Source of the DNA: Vicinamibacterales bacterium
GTDB lineage: Bacteria > Acidobacteriota > Vicinamibacteria > Vicinamibacterales > SCN-69-37
Assembly (NCBI GenBank): GCA_035606665.1
Contig: DATNEY010000034.1
Span: 84,479-148,478, forward strand
Direction of reading: 5' to 3'
Length of the DNA: 64,000 bases
How positions within the stretch are numbered: the stretch's first letter is position 1; every line of letters starts with the position of its first letter. This document shows, piece by piece, positions 1-10,237 of this stretch. The position numbers were made by a program, and so were the translations under genes. Below the pieces are notes generated by a model, which had not been told where the DNA came from, searched no databases, and saw nothing but the letters and a program-made list of their open reading frames with translations.

Positions 1-1293
1 CACGTTCTTCAGGTAGCCGAGGTCTGCAAACGGCGCCATCCACGCGTCGAAAACCGGCCGGGCGTCTTCATTGTTCTCGAGATACCAGCCGTAAATCGGC
101 CCCTTGCCGGGATCGATGTTGAAGTACGAGCTCACCTTCTGGGTATCGGGCGTGCCGCCCTCGCCTTGCACGTGACGACGGACCCAGGCGCGCGCACCCA
201 GCAAGCCCTGCTCCTCACCGCTCCATAGCGCCAGGCGGAGCGTCCGGCGCGGCTGGAGCCCGAGCGTCTTCAGGATCCGGAAGGCTTCCATGACCACGAC
301 CGATCCGTCGGCGTTGTCCGTTGCACCCTGACCCGTGTGCCACGAATCGAGGTGTGCGCCGAGCATGATGACTTCGTTACGCAGCGCGGGATCGGTGCCG
401 GGGATTTCAGCGAGGACGTTGTACGAGTTCCGATCCTGCTCGAGGAAGCGCGCCTGAACGTTCACGCGGACCTTCACCGGCGTGCCGCGCTGCACCATCC
501 GCGCGATCATGTTGTAGTGCTCGCCCGCGAGCATGATCTTCGGCAGCAAGTCCTGCGGGTTGTCGCGGCCGCCGGCAAGAAACACGGTGCCATGCATGCC
601 GCGGCTCGGCTTGAGGAGGACGGCTGCCCCGCCGTTGCGGATGGCCTGATCGACGGTCTGTGCGCCCGGATCCGCGGCGCCACGGCCGCCGCCAGCACCT
701 CTGCCACCGCGGCCTTCACCGCCGCGGCCCGCCGTAGCGGCGTTAGCCGCGGAGGCGGGCGGCTCTGGCACCTGCGCCGGCTGCACTCGATCGGTCGCGA
801 TGAAGTTCGTAACGGCCGCGGCCTGCAGAATCGCCGCGCCCTTGAGAGTGACCTGTAGCGCGGCCACATCCGCCGCCGACTTGCCCGCAATGAACTGGAC
901 AGGCGCAATCACTTCCCCGGCCGTGGACGGACTCCATGCCTCGGCGTAGCCGATGAGCGGCATGAAGCGGGGCTCGACCATTTCGATGGTGAATTTGTCG
1001 AGCTGCCAGCCGCGGCCGAACTCCCATGCCTCGAGTCTGGAGTTGGCGAGCCCCCATTTCGAGAGCATGTCCTTGGCCCAGTCCGCGGCGCGCTTGTGCG
1101 CGGGAGATCCGGTCAACCGTGGGCCGATGTCGTCAACGAGCACGCTGAACATCGCCGCTGTCTGCGACCGGTTCAGGCCCTCGTCGCGAATCTTCGCGAT
1201 GGCCGCGGAATCGACAGGCTCGACCGCCTGACGGGCACCTGCTCCAACCCCGGCTATCGCCAGGACTATGACCGCAGCAATTCTGGAATTCAT
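1..1293 (-). CDS. M28-family metallo-aminopeptidase, first 431 codons (C-terminus lies beyond the left edge)
   Basis: Not in the ORF track because the frame is open to position 1. My own translation from ATG 1293..1291 gives MNSRIAAVIVLAIAGVGAGA (signal-like) ... MLGAHLDSWHTGQGATDNADGSVVVMEAF ... LALWSGEEQGLLGA. These are the H-x-D, D and EE metal-ligand blocks typical of M28 peptidases. The other two minus frames are closed. Confidence 0.75.
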   Translation of the reverse strand, partial: MNSRIAAVIVLAIAGVGAGARQAVEPVDSAAIAKIRDEGLNRSQTAAMFSVLVDDIGPRLTGSPAHKRAADWAKDMLSKWGLANSRLEAWEFGRGWQLDKFTIEMVEPRFMPLIGYAEAWSPSTAGEVIAPVQFIAGKSAADVAALQVTLKGAAILQAAAVTNFIATDRVQPAQVPEPPASAANAATAGRGGEGRGGRGAGGGRGAADPGAQTVDQAIRNGGAAVLLKPSRGMHGTVFLAGGRDNPQDLLPKIMLAGEHYNMIARMVQRGTPVKVRVNVQARFLEQDRNSYNVLAEIPGTDPALRNEVIMLGAHLDSWHTGQGATDNADGSVVVMEAFRILKTLGLQPRRTLRLALWSGEEQGLLGARAWVRRHVQGEGGTPDTQKVSSYFNIDPGKGPIYGWYLENNEDARPVFDAWMAPFADLGYLKNV

Positions 1294-1307
1294 GGTTGCG
1301 ATCTTAA

Positions 1308-1344
1308 GCGAACCCAGAACCAATCAGACGAACCGCGCACCCTG
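1308..1344. repeat. Solo GAACCCA/GAACCGC heptad element (M14-M28 spacer)
   Basis: GCGAACCCAGAACCAATCAGACGAACCGCGCACCCTG shares GAACCCAGAACC and GCACCCTG strings with the right cassette arm (41537..41550 and 41587..41594). Confidence 0.45.
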
Positions 1345-1357
1345 CTCTCTGCGCCCG

Positions 1358-4141
1358 TCAGTAGATCCCGTTGAACAGAAGCTTGAACGTCGGATGCGGC
1401 TGCGCACGCTGGAGGATCTCCGGGCCATAGAGCAGCAGCCTGCCCTTGCCGACGCGCGCCTCGACGGCGATCACACCATTCCTCAAATACTCCTGCCCCC
1501 ATGCCCACCCGCTCGCGAGCGGCGTGGCCGTGTCGAACCAGGCCAGCGGCGTTACGCCCGCCGCCTGCGCGCCCTGACCCAGTTTCCACACAGGGCTGTT
1601 GTCGAAGAAGAAGTTGGTTTCAGCGGCGAGGCCCGCCGTGGCAGGCTGGGTGGTGTCGACGCGCGCGCGCAGCACCGACCCGGGCACGTAGTACTTCTGC
1701 TGCGTCAGTGGCTGGCCGTTCTCCATCAGATGGTTTTCGATGGGCACGCCGAGATGCCGGGCAAGATTCGTCGCGGCGCCGCCGATCGCCACGATCGTTC
1801 CACCCTGTTCGACGAACGCCTTGAGCTGCGGAATCGTACGCTCTGCGCTGACGGAACCCATTTGTGCACGGTATTCCTCCGGGATACCGGCGGGTGGAGC
1901 GGCCGCTCCTCCGCCGCCCCCCGCTCCGCCACCCCCGGCTCCTCCTCCGCGTCCTCCGCCTGGAATCGCTGCAGGAATCGCCCCGTCAACGAACACCAGC
2001 GTGTCGTACTTCGCGTTCAGGTTACCCGCGTCGAGCTGCGGCGCGAATACTCGCGCGTACGGGAATTCGAACTGTTCGAGGATCCACCGCGCCCAGCCGG
2101 AGTCAATCGACCCGCCATACGCGTCCCACAAACCAATCCTCGGCGCCGAAAGCTTTCGCGCGCTCGCCGGCCTCGTCGCAGCGGCGATGGCAGTCACGCC
2201 ACGGTCGCCGGCGAGCTTTCGCAGCACGGGCAACGTGCTGGCCTTACCCGTGACCACGAACGATCCGTCGGCCGCGCGATACACCTCTTCACCCGCCGCG
2301 AGCAGGCGGTTCACCGCGGTGAACGCATCAATCTGCGCGGGCGAGAGCGCATAGAACGGCGAGGCGGCCGGTGCGCGGCCCGGCGGCATCGGCAGGTTCC
2401 AGTCGGGAATCACTTCGAACGGCCCGCTCACCGGCTCGAGATGCCGGTCGAACGCGACGCCCATCTGGATGGCGAGCGTCCAGCCGGCGTTGTCGTACGG
2501 CCGTGTCGGTGGCGCGCCCTGGTACGCGAAGTTGTCGGGATGATCCTGCGGCTCGAACATGTCGATTACGTGCGGACGGAACGCCTGATTCGTCTGCACG
2601 ACGTACGATCCGGCCGGATAAGTCTTTCCTCCGGCCGTGAACTCCCGCGTAGCGCGATGGACGCGGATGCCGGTCTCGAGCAGCGCGTTGATGAAGCGGG
2701 TCGCCGTCGCGTAATCCGGCTGCGATGACGGCAGGATGTAGGCACGGGGATCGCGATCCTCGGGTCGATGCAGGGCGGCCCAGAGCGCGGTCTCGTTTCC
2801 GCCGCCGCCTCCGCGTCCGCCGGCTGCGCCGCCCGCGCGACCCTGCACGCCCGTCGTCGCGCCGGCGCCACCGCCGCCCGGCCCCGGCGTCGCGCGGACC
2901 TCGGCTACGATCCGGTTGTAGCGGTGCGGCGCCGGCGTCCACGTGTCCGTGTTGCCGCGATCGATGGAGTTCCTCCCCATCACGTACCGGTTGTAGAGAA
3001 AGTTCTCGCCCATCTTCGCCGCCATGTCGAGGATGGCGAGATTGCACGACACCGAGTAGTCGATGGACTTCCTGAAGTGCCACTCCTGCGGCGGCACCGG
3101 GAATGTGAGGTCGCTGTTAGGCACCTGGCGATCCATCACCAACGGCACGCGCATCGGCGTCGGCGTGCCGATCATCTCGGTCAGGATCGCAATGGTGTTG
3201 TGGAACGCGGCGGTGTTCCTGATGCCGCCGTTCCACCACCCGTCGTACGGCCCGCCCGATCTCGCGGTGGCGCCGGGCTTGTTCTCGGCGGCCAGCCGCG
3301 AGTGCAACGCAATTCCGATCGTCTGGATTCCAAGCACGAGCAGCGGATCCTGGTTGTAGTTGAACGGATCCCTCAATGGCGGCGACCAGAGCACGGTGCC
3401 CTGCGGGCCGCTTTGATGGTGGTTGTACAGAATCTGCGGATACCACTCGCGGTACAGGACGCGATTGATGTTCTCCGTCTCCGGCTGCGTCGAGGCGAAG
3501 AAGTCGCGGTTGTTGTCGTGACCGATGTACTTCTGATACAGCCGCGGCAGGTTCCCGAGCGACCGCTGCGCGGGATCGGCATTCCGCATGTACCAATCGG
3601 CGACGAGATCGTTTCCGTCCGGATTCGCGTGGACGAACAGAATGACGACGTCCCTCAGAACCCGCATCGTCTCGTCATCTGTGGCGCTCACCATGCGGTA
3701 GACCATCTCGCCGAGCTGCTGCGCGCCGAGCGTTTCGTTCGCGTGCAGACCGCCGTCGATCCACACGATCGGCTTGCCTTCCTTTGCGAGCGCGCGCGCC
3801 TGTGCGTCCGTCAGGCCCTCCGCCAGTGCGAGCTGCTTCGAGATTTCCTTGTAGCGCGCGAGGTTCTTGTGGTTTTCCGGCGACGTCACGATCGCCATGA
3901 GCTGCTCGCGGCCCTCGGCGGTCCTGCCGATCGACTGCACCACCATGCGATCCGACTCGCGATCGAGCTTCCGCCAGTACGCTTCGATCTGCTTGTAGTT
4001 GGCGAGGAAGTAGTCGTCGCCGAAGTTGTGACCAAATTCCTGCACGGGCGACGTGACCTTCGGCGCCTGCGCGCGGATGGCGTCCGGGAGTACACAGGCG
4101 ACGAGCAACATCACACCGGCGAGAACCCTGTGGAGTTTCAT
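1358..4141 (-). CDS. M14-family zinc carboxypeptidase-like protein, large secreted form
   Basis: Long ORF 1358..4183. It contains IVWIDGGLHANETLGAQQ (HxxE zinc motif context of M14) and later FVHANPDGNDL. ATG 4141 gives the signal peptide MKLHRVLAGVMLLVACVLPDAIRAQA. The ORF-track start 4183 is a TTG. Two Gly-rich inserts are present. Confidence 0.8.
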   Translation of the reverse strand: MKLHRVLAGVMLLVACVLPDAIRAQAPKVTSPVQEFGHNFGDDYFLANYKQIEAYWRKLDRESDRMVVQSIGRTAEGREQLMAIVTSPENHKNLARYKEISKQLALAEGLTDAQARALAKEGKPIVWIDGGLHANETLGAQQLGEMVYRMVSATDDETMRVLRDVVILFVHANPDGNDLVADWYMRNADPAQRSLGNLPRLYQKYIGHDNNRDFFASTQPETENINRVLYREWYPQILYNHHQSGPQGTVLWSPPLRDPFNYNQDPLLVLGIQTIGIALHSRLAAENKPGATARSGGPYDGWWNGGIRNTAAFHNTIAILTEMIGTPTPMRVPLVMDRQVPNSDLTFPVPPQEWHFRKSIDYSVSCNLAILDMAAKMGENFLYNRYVMGRNSIDRGNTDTWTPAPHRYNRIVAEVRATPGPGGGGAGATTGVQGRAGGAAGGRGGGGGNETALWAALHRPEDRDPRAYILPSSQPDYATATRFINALLETGIRVHRATREFTAGGKTYPAGSYVVQTNQAFRPHVIDMFEPQDHPDNFAYQGAPPTRPYDNAGWTLAIQMGVAFDRHLEPVSGPFEVIPDWNLPMPPGRAPAASPFYALSPAQIDAFTAVNRLLAAGEEVYRAADGSFVVTGKASTLPVLRKLAGDRGVTAIAAATRPASARKLSAPRIGLWDAYGGSIDSGWARWILEQFEFPYARVFAPQLDAGNLNAKYDTLVFVDGAIPAAIPGGGRGGGAGGGGAGGGGGAAAPPAGIPEEYRAQMGSVSAERTIPQLKAFVEQGGTIVAIGGAATNLARHLGVPIENHLMENGQPLTQQKYYVPGSVLRARVDTTQPATAGLAAETNFFFDNSPVWKLGQGAQAAGVTPLAWFDTATPLASGWAWGQEYLRNGVIAVEARVGKGRLLLYGPEILQRAQPHPTFKLLFNGIY

Positions 4142-4238
4142 GCGGGAGAGCATAAGCCAGAGAGAGACCGCTGTGGTTTTCAACTTGTAGATACCGTTTT
4201 AGCAAGAGACCCGTCGTCAGCGTGTTACCGTCGTCGAG

Positions 4239-4652
4239 GTGTCGCTCCCCAAGTCTCCACCGGTCGCTGTGCGGCTCGATGTCTGGCTCGACGTGGCGTG
4301 CCTGTTTCGCACCCGCTCGGAGGCCCAAAAGGCCTGTAAGGGCGGCAAGGTGGATCTGAACGGCCACGCCGCCAAGCCGCACCGCGAGATCAAAGCGGGA
4401 GACGTCATCGAGATTACGAGGCCTATGGGCCGGCGGCAGCGTGTCGTCGTCCGAGGCCTGGCTGAGCAGCACATCGCCAAGGCCGAGGCCCGTCTGCTCT
4501 ACGAGGACACCACGCCGCCCCCGTCCCCCGAAGAGAAGGCCCTGCTCGACCTGATGCGTCTGGCGGGCCCGAAGCGTGGGGGACGGCCTCCGACGACGCC
4601 GGATAAGCGCGAACGCAGGCGCCTCAGGAGCGAGAAGGAGTGGAGCGGGTGA
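4239..4652 (+). CDS. S4-domain RNA-binding protein (Hsp15/HslR-like)
   Basis: RLDVWLDVACLFRTRSEAQKACKGGKVDLNGHAAKPHREIKAGDVIEI is a typical S4 domain. A basic C-terminal tail follows. GTG start, so the exact start is uncertain. Confidence 0.7.
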   Translation: MSLPKSPPVAVRLDVWLDVACLFRTRSEAQKACKGGKVDLNGHAAKPHREIKAGDVIEITRPMGRRQRVVVRGLAEQHIAKAEARLLYEDTTPPPSPEEKALLDLMRLAGPKRGGRPPTTPDKRERRRLRSEKEWSG

Positions 4653-4655
4653 CGG

Positions 4656-4664
4656 TGCTATACT
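4656..4664 (+). promoter_or_regulatory. Candidate extended -10 promoter element (TGcTATACT) for rpsT
   Basis: TGCTATACT lies 73 nt upstream of the rpsT GTG. I see no convincing -35. It is followed by the leader hairpin GGCCCG-AAAG-CGGGCC (4676..4691) and a GAGGA Shine-Dalgarno at 4725..4729. Confidence 0.4.
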
Positions 4665-4736
4665 TTGGTGTTTCCGGCCCGAAAGCGGGCCCCGCCGTGC
4701 CAACGGCTTAAGGCTCAGAGCAGCGAGGATCTCCTA

Positions 4737-5003
4737 GTGGCTACCCGACATGCATCGGCGATGAAAGCTCATCGCCAGACCCTGAAGCGCACGACGCACA
4801 ACCGCGAGCTGCGTTCGTCGCTCAGAACCGCCCTCAAGACCATCCGCGCCGCGATCAACGCCGGCAACACCGCCGAGGCCAAGAGCGCGCTCAGCAAGAC
4901 GTTTTCGATTGTGGACAAGATGTCGGCGAAGGGCATCATCCACGACAACGCCGCGGGCCGCTACAAGTCGCGAATCGCACGGCGCGTCCGCGCAACCGCA
5001 TAG
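4737..5003 (+). CDS. rpsT: 30S ribosomal protein S20
   Basis: VATRHASAMKAHRQTLKRTTHNRELRSSLRTALKTIRAAI...AKGIIHDNAAGRYKSRIARRV matches the S20 pattern. I take GTG 4737 (7 nt after GAGGA) as the start rather than the ORF-track start 4665. Confidence 0.9.
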   Translation: MATRHASAMKAHRQTLKRTTHNRELRSSLRTALKTIRAAINAGNTAEAKSALSKTFSIVDKMSAKGIIHDNAAGRYKSRIARRVRATA

Positions 5004-5012
5004 CTCAATTCA

Positions 5013-5061
5013 CAACCTACAACCAACAATCTGCAGGTTGTCGGTTGCAGGTCGCAGGTTG
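5013..5061. repeat. CAACCTR-family palindromic element (copy 1); probable terminator between convergent rpsT and holA
   Basis: CAACCTACAACCAACAA (5013..5029) pairs with TTGTCGGTTGCAGGTCG (5038..5054) over 17 positions. The three non-Watson-Crick positions are all A opposite C on the + strand, which is G-U on the - strand RNA. Confidence 0.7.
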
Positions 5062-5063
5062 AT

Positions 5064-6107
5064 TTAGCGTCCCCAGGTCGGTCTTTGTACTGGCCGTCCC
5101 GTCAAGTCCAGCACCAGCCGTTCGAGTAAGGCGCGTTCGTCGCCGCCGGAGCTCTTGAGTGCGAGATCCGCCCTGAGCAGAGCGTCCATCGCGGACTTGA
5201 CGCGGTCGGGCGCGGCTGGCGCGAGCCGCTGAGAGACCCACCATCGCAACTGACCGACGAGCTGGTGCGGCGAGTCACCGCGATCGAATCGTAACGCCGT
5301 CTCGCGCAGCGCGCGCGCTGCATCGCCGTCTCCAATCGCATTCACGACGCCCCAGTCATCGACGTCCGTTTCGGCAGTGACAACTTCCTCGACGTCCCCG
5401 CGCGTGATCTTCTTCTCGCCCCCGGTGTAGAGGAGCAGACGCTCGATGTCGCCGCGCAGTTTCGAGATGTCGCTGCCGGATCGGTCCAGCAGCATCTGCA
5501 GCGCGGCCGGGTCGATGGACTTGCCTGAGGCCTCGATCTGCACCCGCACCTGACCCGCCGCTTCCTGGCGCGCGTCCCGTCGTTCGCGCGCGTTCTCGCC
5601 GCCTAGCCCCTCGAACTCGACGTGCTGGGCCTTGTCGAGCAACCGCTTCGTCAGGCGCCGGGTCTTGTCGATGCCGGCCGCAACAAATACCAGCGTCGAG
5701 AACGGAGCCGGAGAGTCGACGTAGGCCTCGAGGGGCGCGAGATCAGCGACACCAGCTTCTCCGCTGTCCTCCGCTCCGCTAGCTCCGTCCGCCTCCGTGT
5801 CCTCGGCCGCCGCTTTGGCTCTTGCAGGTTTCAGGAACCGCTCTGCTCGAAGGACCACAACAAGGCGGCGGTCCCCCAGCATCGGAAACACATTCGCGGC
5901 GCCGGCGATGTCGATCGGCGACCCGCCCTCTTCGCCCGCGTAGATCCGCTCCGCGGCAAACGGCCGGTCCGCCGGGTCGATCAACGCCTCGAAGGCATCG
6001 ACCATCTGCTCCATCAGGCGGACGTCTGCGCCATACAGAACGTAGATCGGCGCCAGGTTCTTCGACTGGATGTGCTTGCGAAGCGCGGACGGATCGAGGG
6101 CCGGCAC
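5064..6107 (-). CDS. holA: DNA polymerase III delta subunit
   Basis: 347 aa; N-terminus ...LAPIYVLYGADVRLMEQ...; sits in the conserved leuS-lptE-holA order; GTG start. Confidence 0.8.
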   Translation of the reverse strand: MPALDPSALRKHIQSKNLAPIYVLYGADVRLMEQMVDAFEALIDPADRPFAAERIYAGEEGGSPIDIAGAANVFPMLGDRRLVVVLRAERFLKPARAKAAAEDTEADGASGAEDSGEAGVADLAPLEAYVDSPAPFSTLVFVAAGIDKTRRLTKRLLDKAQHVEFEGLGGENARERRDARQEAAGQVRVQIEASGKSIDPAALQMLLDRSGSDISKLRGDIERLLLYTGGEKKITRGDVEEVVTAETDVDDWGVVNAIGDGDAARALRETALRFDRGDSPHQLVGQLRWWVSQRLAPAAPDRVKSAMDALLRADLALKSSGGDERALLERLVLDLTGRPVQRPTWGR

Positions 6108-6116
6108 GGTGACGGA

Positions 6117-6647
6117 CTAGAAGGCCTCGAGCATGGACGCGACCAGGGTCCGGGCGAAAGACTTCGCGAGGCGAGCCAGCGCGTTCTGATCCTGGCTGAA
6201 GACCGCGGCCGGCTGCTCCGTGGTGCCGGATGGAAGCTCGTAGTCGTCGCTCGCCCGCATGTTGCCGTTTGACCAGAGCACCTTGCTATTGGTGAGGTCC
6301 TTGAACTCCACGGTCGCTGAAATCGTGATGAGGTACCGCTGCGCCTGGCGGGCGTCATTGAGCGCGGCGACTCCAAACTGGACTGGCCGAACACTGGCGG
6401 TGAGTACGGCATCGACGCCCGTGGCGTCAGGCACCACCGTGTACCTCCCCCTGCTCAACAGTTCCTGCCGGACCGCTTCCGTCAGGATCCGATCCAGCTC
6501 CGGTGTTTCCGACAGGTTCGTGAACATCGGAACACCGATCCGCTTGATGTGAGCGGGAAGCGCGTTCCCCCGCCCCACGAGCGCGTAGCCGCATCCGGAT
6601 GTCACCACCGCGATTGCCAGCAACGCGATTCGGACCGCGCGCCTCAC
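6117..6647 (-). CDS. lptE: LPS-assembly lipoprotein LptE-like
   Basis: Lipoprotein signal [21 protein letters not shown] followed by [14 protein letters not shown]. Positioned between leuS and holA as in many proteobacteria. GTGA overlap with the leuS stop. Confidence 0.65.
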   Translation of the reverse strand: MRRAVRIALLAIAVVTSGCGYALVGRGNALPAHIKRIGVPMFTNLSETPELDRILTEAVRQELLSRGRYTVVPDATGVDAVLTASVRPVQFGVAALNDARQAQRYLITISATVEFKDLTNSKVLWSNGNMRASDDYELPSGTTEQPAAVFSQDQNALARLAKSFARTLVASMLEAF

Positions 6648-9199
6648 TTCACCACCACGCTGACCAGTCTGCCCTTCGCCACTATGACTTTGACGATCGT
6701 TTTGCCTTCCAAGTGCGGCCGGATGGCTGGCGCCGCCAGCGCCGCCGCCTCGATGTCCGGGTCGGCCGCGCTGGCATCGACGACGATGCGCCCCCGCACC
6801 TTGCCGTTGACCTGTACGGGGATCTCGACGCTCTCTTCGCGCGTCGCCGCCTCATCCCACCCCGGCCAGCCCGCCGCCACAATGCCGCCGGCGTGGCCGA
6901 GGCGCTCCCAGAGTTCCTCGGAGAGATGCGGCGCGAACGGCGACACGAGCAGGATCAGCGCCTCGATGGCCTCCCTGAGAACGGCCGCCGTCTCGGGCCG
7001 CTCCACAACCGCGGGCGGTTCATCATCGAAGCCGGATGGCCTGACACCGCGCTTGTCGGCAAAGGTACTGAGGTCGTTCACCATCTCCATCAGCGCGGAC
7101 ACCGCGGTATTGAGGTGCATCCGCGGATCAATGTCGAGCGTCACCCGGCGAATGGTGACATGCGTGCGCCTGCGGACGGCCCGCTCGTCGGCATCGAGCA
7201 CCATGTCCACGGGTGACCCTGCGTTCTTGACCGCCGGGGTCAGGTGATCGCACAGACGCCAGATACGGCCCAGGAATTTGGCCGCACCCTCGAGGCCCGT
7301 ATCGATCCACTCGACTTCCTTCTCCGGCGGCGCCACGAACATGACATACAGCCGCAGCGCGTCGGCGCCGAATCTCGCGATCATGTCGTCGGGGTCGACG
7401 ACATTGCCTTTCGACTTCGACATGACCGCGCCATGCCTCAGGACCATGCCCTGCGTCAGCAACCGCGTGAACGGCTCATCGATCTTGACGAGTCCCAGGT
7501 CGCGGAAGACCCGACTGAAGAACCGGGAATAGATCAGGTGCAGGATCGCATGCTCGACACCGCCGCTGTAGAAATCAACCGGCCCCCAGTAGGCCACCTT
7601 CGCGGCGTCGAACGGCGCCTTGTCGTTGTGGGCGTCGCAGAATCGATAGAAGTACCACGACGAATCCACGAACGTGTCCATCGTGTCGGTCTCGCGCTTC
7701 GCGGGCTTGCCGCACTTCGGACACGGCGTGTTCACGAACTCCGGGATGTGCGCGAGCGGCGAATCGCCGCGGCCGCTGAACTCCACGACCTTCGGCAGCG
7801 CGACCGGCAGCTGATCGTCCGGTACCGCCACCAGGCCGTCGTCCGGGCAGTGGACGATCGGAATCGGCGTGCCCCAGTAGCGCTGCCGTGAAACACCCCA
7901 GTCCTTGAGGCGATACTGGACAGTCGCTTGGCCGACGCCGCGCGCGGCCGCATCCGCCGTCATCTTCCGGTTCGCGTCGTCCGCCCGCAACCCATCGTAG
8001 GGACCCGAGGACACAAGGGTGCCTTCCCCATCGTAGGACTCGGTCAGCATCTCGGACGTGAGCTTGCGGTCGTCCGGCTGGATGACGACGGTGATGGGCA
8101 AGCCGTATTTGCGGGCGAACTCGAAATCCCGTGCGTCGTGGCCGGGCACACCCATGACGGCGCCGGTGCCGTATTCGCCGAGGACGAAGTTCGCCACCCA
8201 GACGGGGACCGGTTGCTTCGTGAATGGATTGATGACCGTGCGGCCGGTATCGAAACCTTCCTTTTCGACATCGCCGGTCATGCGCGCGGTGCGGTCCTGC
8301 GCACGGAATCCCGCCGCGCCCTTCCGGAGCGCCGAACCATCCGGCGACTCGGACGCAAACCGTTCGACCAGCGGATGTTCTGGCGCGATCACCACGAAGT
8401 TGGCGCCGTAGATGGTGTCGATGCGCGTGGTGAAGACTTCGATCGCTTGATCGGCGCCCCCCCCTGTACCCCGCCTGCCGCCGTCGATCGGCACAATCGG
8501 GAACGCGACCCGTGCGCCGGCGGATCGACCGATCCAGTTGCGCTGCATGGTGAGGACCTTCTCCGGCCACCCTTCCATGCGATTGAGTTCGTCCAGCAAC
8601 TCGTCAGCGTACGCGGTGATGCGCAGATTCCACTGCTCGAGCTCGCGCTGCTCGACAGTCGACCCGCAGCGCCAGCATGTGCCGTCGATGACCTGTTCGT
8701 TCGCGAGCACGGTCTGACAGCTCGGACACCAGTTGACGTTCGACCGCTTGCGGTACGCGAGGCCGCGCTCGAACATGCGCGTGAACAGCCACTGGTTCCA
8801 GCGGTAGTAGTCCGGCAGGCACGTCGCGAGCTCACGCTCCCACGCGTAGCTGATCCCGAGCCGCTGGAGCTGGCCCTTCATATGCGCGATGTTCTCGAGC
8901 GTCCACGTCTCGGGATGAACGTTGTTCTTGATCGCCGCGTTCTCGGCGGGGAGTCCGAACGCATCCCACCCGAAGGGATGCAGCACGTTGAACCCGCGCA
9001 TCCTCTTCGTGCGCGCCATGATGTCGCCGATCATGTAGTTGCGCACATGCCCGACATGCGCGTGCCCCGAGGGATACGCGAACATCTCGAGGCAATAGAA
9101 CTTCGGCTTCGACGGGTCCTCTGTCACCTCAAAGGCACGGTCGTCCACCCATCGTTTCTGCCACTTCTTCTCGATTTCCTGCGGACGATACTCAGACAT
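6644..9199 (-). CDS. leuS: Leucine--tRNA ligase
   Basis: [17 protein letters not shown]..., the HIGH-type block [13 protein letters not shown] and the KMSKS block [10 protein letters not shown]. The start is moved to ATG 9199; the 32 upstream codons in the ORF track only translate the octad repeat. Confidence 0.95.
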   Translation of the reverse strand: MSEYRPQEIEKKWQKRWVDDRAFEVTEDPSKPKFYCLEMFAYPSGHAHVGHVRNYMIGDIMARTKRMRGFNVLHPFGWDAFGLPAENAAIKNNVHPETWTLENIAHMKGQLQRLGISYAWERELATCLPDYYRWNQWLFTRMFERGLAYRKRSNVNWCPSCQTVLANEQVIDGTCWRCGSTVEQRELEQWNLRITAYADELLDELNRMEGWPEKVLTMQRNWIGRSAGARVAFPIVPIDGGRRGTGGGADQAIEVFTTRIDTIYGANFVVIAPEHPLVERFASESPDGSALRKGAAGFRAQDRTARMTGDVEKEGFDTGRTVINPFTKQPVPVWVANFVLGEYGTGAVMGVPGHDARDFEFARKYGLPITVVIQPDDRKLTSEMLTESYDGEGTLVSSGPYDGLRADDANRKMTADAAARGVGQATVQYRLKDWGVSRQRYWGTPIPIVHCPDDGLVAVPDDQLPVALPKVVEFSGRGDSPLAHIPEFVNTPCPKCGKPAKRETDTMDTFVDSSWYFYRFCDAHNDKAPFDAAKVAYWGPVDFYSGGVEHAILHLIYSRFFSRVFRDLGLVKIDEPFTRLLTQGMVLRHGAVMSKSKGNVVDPDDMIARFGADALRLYVMFVAPPEKEVEWIDTGLEGAAKFLGRIWRLCDHLTPAVKNAGSPVDMVLDADERAVRRRTHVTIRRVTLDIDPRMHLNTAVSALMEMVNDLSTFADKRGVRPSGFDDEPPAVVERPETAAVLREAIEALILLVSPFAPHLSEELWERLGHAGGIVAAGWPGWDEAATREESVEIPVQVNGKVRGRIVVDASAADPDIEAAALAAPAIRPHLEGKTIVKVIVAKGRLVSVVVK

Positions 9200-9200
9200 G

Positions 9201-9312
9201 GAATTGATGGATTGATGAATTGACTGATTGATGGATTGGATTGACCGATCGACGCCGGACTGACCAATCCCCTCGTCAATCCCTCGATTATCCATCGATC
9301 AATCCATCAACA
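9201..9312. repeat. GATTGAT/GATTGAC octad palindromic element (copy 1)
   Basis: Direct repeats GGATTGAT GAATTGAC TGATTGAT GGATTG GATTGACC are followed by the inverted words. The outer 13-bp stem TTGATGGATTGAT (9204..9216) / ATCAATCCATCAA (9298..9310) is perfect. Confidence 0.75.
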
Positions 9313-9322
9313 CTCGAGCGCG

Positions 9323-10237
9323 TCACTCTAACACGCGCGTCGTAAGCTCCAGGCACTCGCGCATGGCGTCGAGGTGGTAACCCCCTTCGCTCACCAGGGC
9401 GAGCCGGCGGCTGCAAAGCGCCCGTGCCGCCTCGTCTACCAGCTTAACGAGATTGGCAAGACCCGCCGAGGTCATGCGCATTCCGCCGAGCGGGTCCCGA
9501 ACGTGCGCGTCAAATCCAGCGGAAACGAGGACGATCTCCGGTTTGAATGCCTGCAGTGCCGGTATCACCTGCGTTTCGTAGGCGCGGGCGTACTCGTCAT
9601 CGGTGGTACCGGCTTCAAGTGGAATGTTCAGCGTGAAGCCGCGCCCAGGCCCTTCGCCGGTTTCCTCCGCGGCGCCCGTGCCGGGATAGTAGGGAAACTG
9701 ATGGCTCGACACGAACAGCACGGACGGATCCCGATAGAACGCAGCCTGGGTGCCGTTGCCGTGGTGCACGTCGATGTCGACGATCGCGACACGCGTCACG
9801 CCGTCTGCCCGCAGCGCGGCCGCGGCGATAGCGATGTTGTTGTAGAGGCAGAACCCCATCGCCCGGCCGGGCTCGGCGTGGTGGCCTGGCGGCCGGACAA
9901 AGGCAAATGCGGGCTCGGCTGTCGCGAACGCGTGACGGGCGGCTTCGATCGCCGCACCGGCGGCAAGGAGCGCCACTTCGTGCGACTCCGGGCTCGTGAA
10001 CGTGTCGGCGTCGAGCATCGAAGCGCGGCCGGCGGTCGCCGCGATGGCATCGACGTGCTCGCGCGTGTGAATGCGTGTGAGCTCTTCGATCGTGGCCGGG
10101 CGTGGCTCCACGACCCGCCCGCCACGTCGGGCGAAACCAGCCGCGACATCACCGAAGAGCTCACCGCGCTCCGGCCGTTCCGGATGTCCGGGAGGCGTCG
10201 TGTGTTCAATGAAACGTTCGGACGAAATCAGGAGCAC
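9323..10237 (-). CDS. Histone deacetylase-family (acetoin utilisation/ acetylpolyamine amidohydrolase-like) protein
   Basis: PPGHHAEPGRAMGFCLYNNIAIAA and IVDIDVHHGNGTQ are class I/II deacetylase signatures. Confidence 0.85.
   Translation of the reverse strand: MLLISSERFIEHTTPPGHPERPERGELFGDVAAGFARRGGRVVEPRPATIEELTRIHTREHVDAIAATAGRASMLDADTFTSPESHEVALLAAGAAIEAARHAFATAEPAFAFVRPPGHHAEPGRAMGFCLYNNIAIAAAALRADGVTRVAIVDIDVHHGNGTQAAFYRDPSVLFVSSHQFPYYPGTGAAEETGEGPGRGFTLNIPLEAGTTDDEYARAYETQVIPALQAFKPEIVLVSAGFDAHVRDPLGGMRMTSAGLANLVKLVDEAARALCSRRLALVSEGGYHLDAMRECLELTTRVLE

Noticed and set aside
9200-9295. 32-codon extension of leuS ([32 protein letters not shown]).
   Set aside because: It is a translation of the octad repeat element. 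The canonical LeuRS N-terminus [14 protein letters not shown] starts at ATG 9199. Similar upstream extensions were trimmed for lhr, etfA, ubiX, skp, lolD, the MTAP gene, the acyl-CoA dehydrogenase, the small OMP and the 16920 gene.
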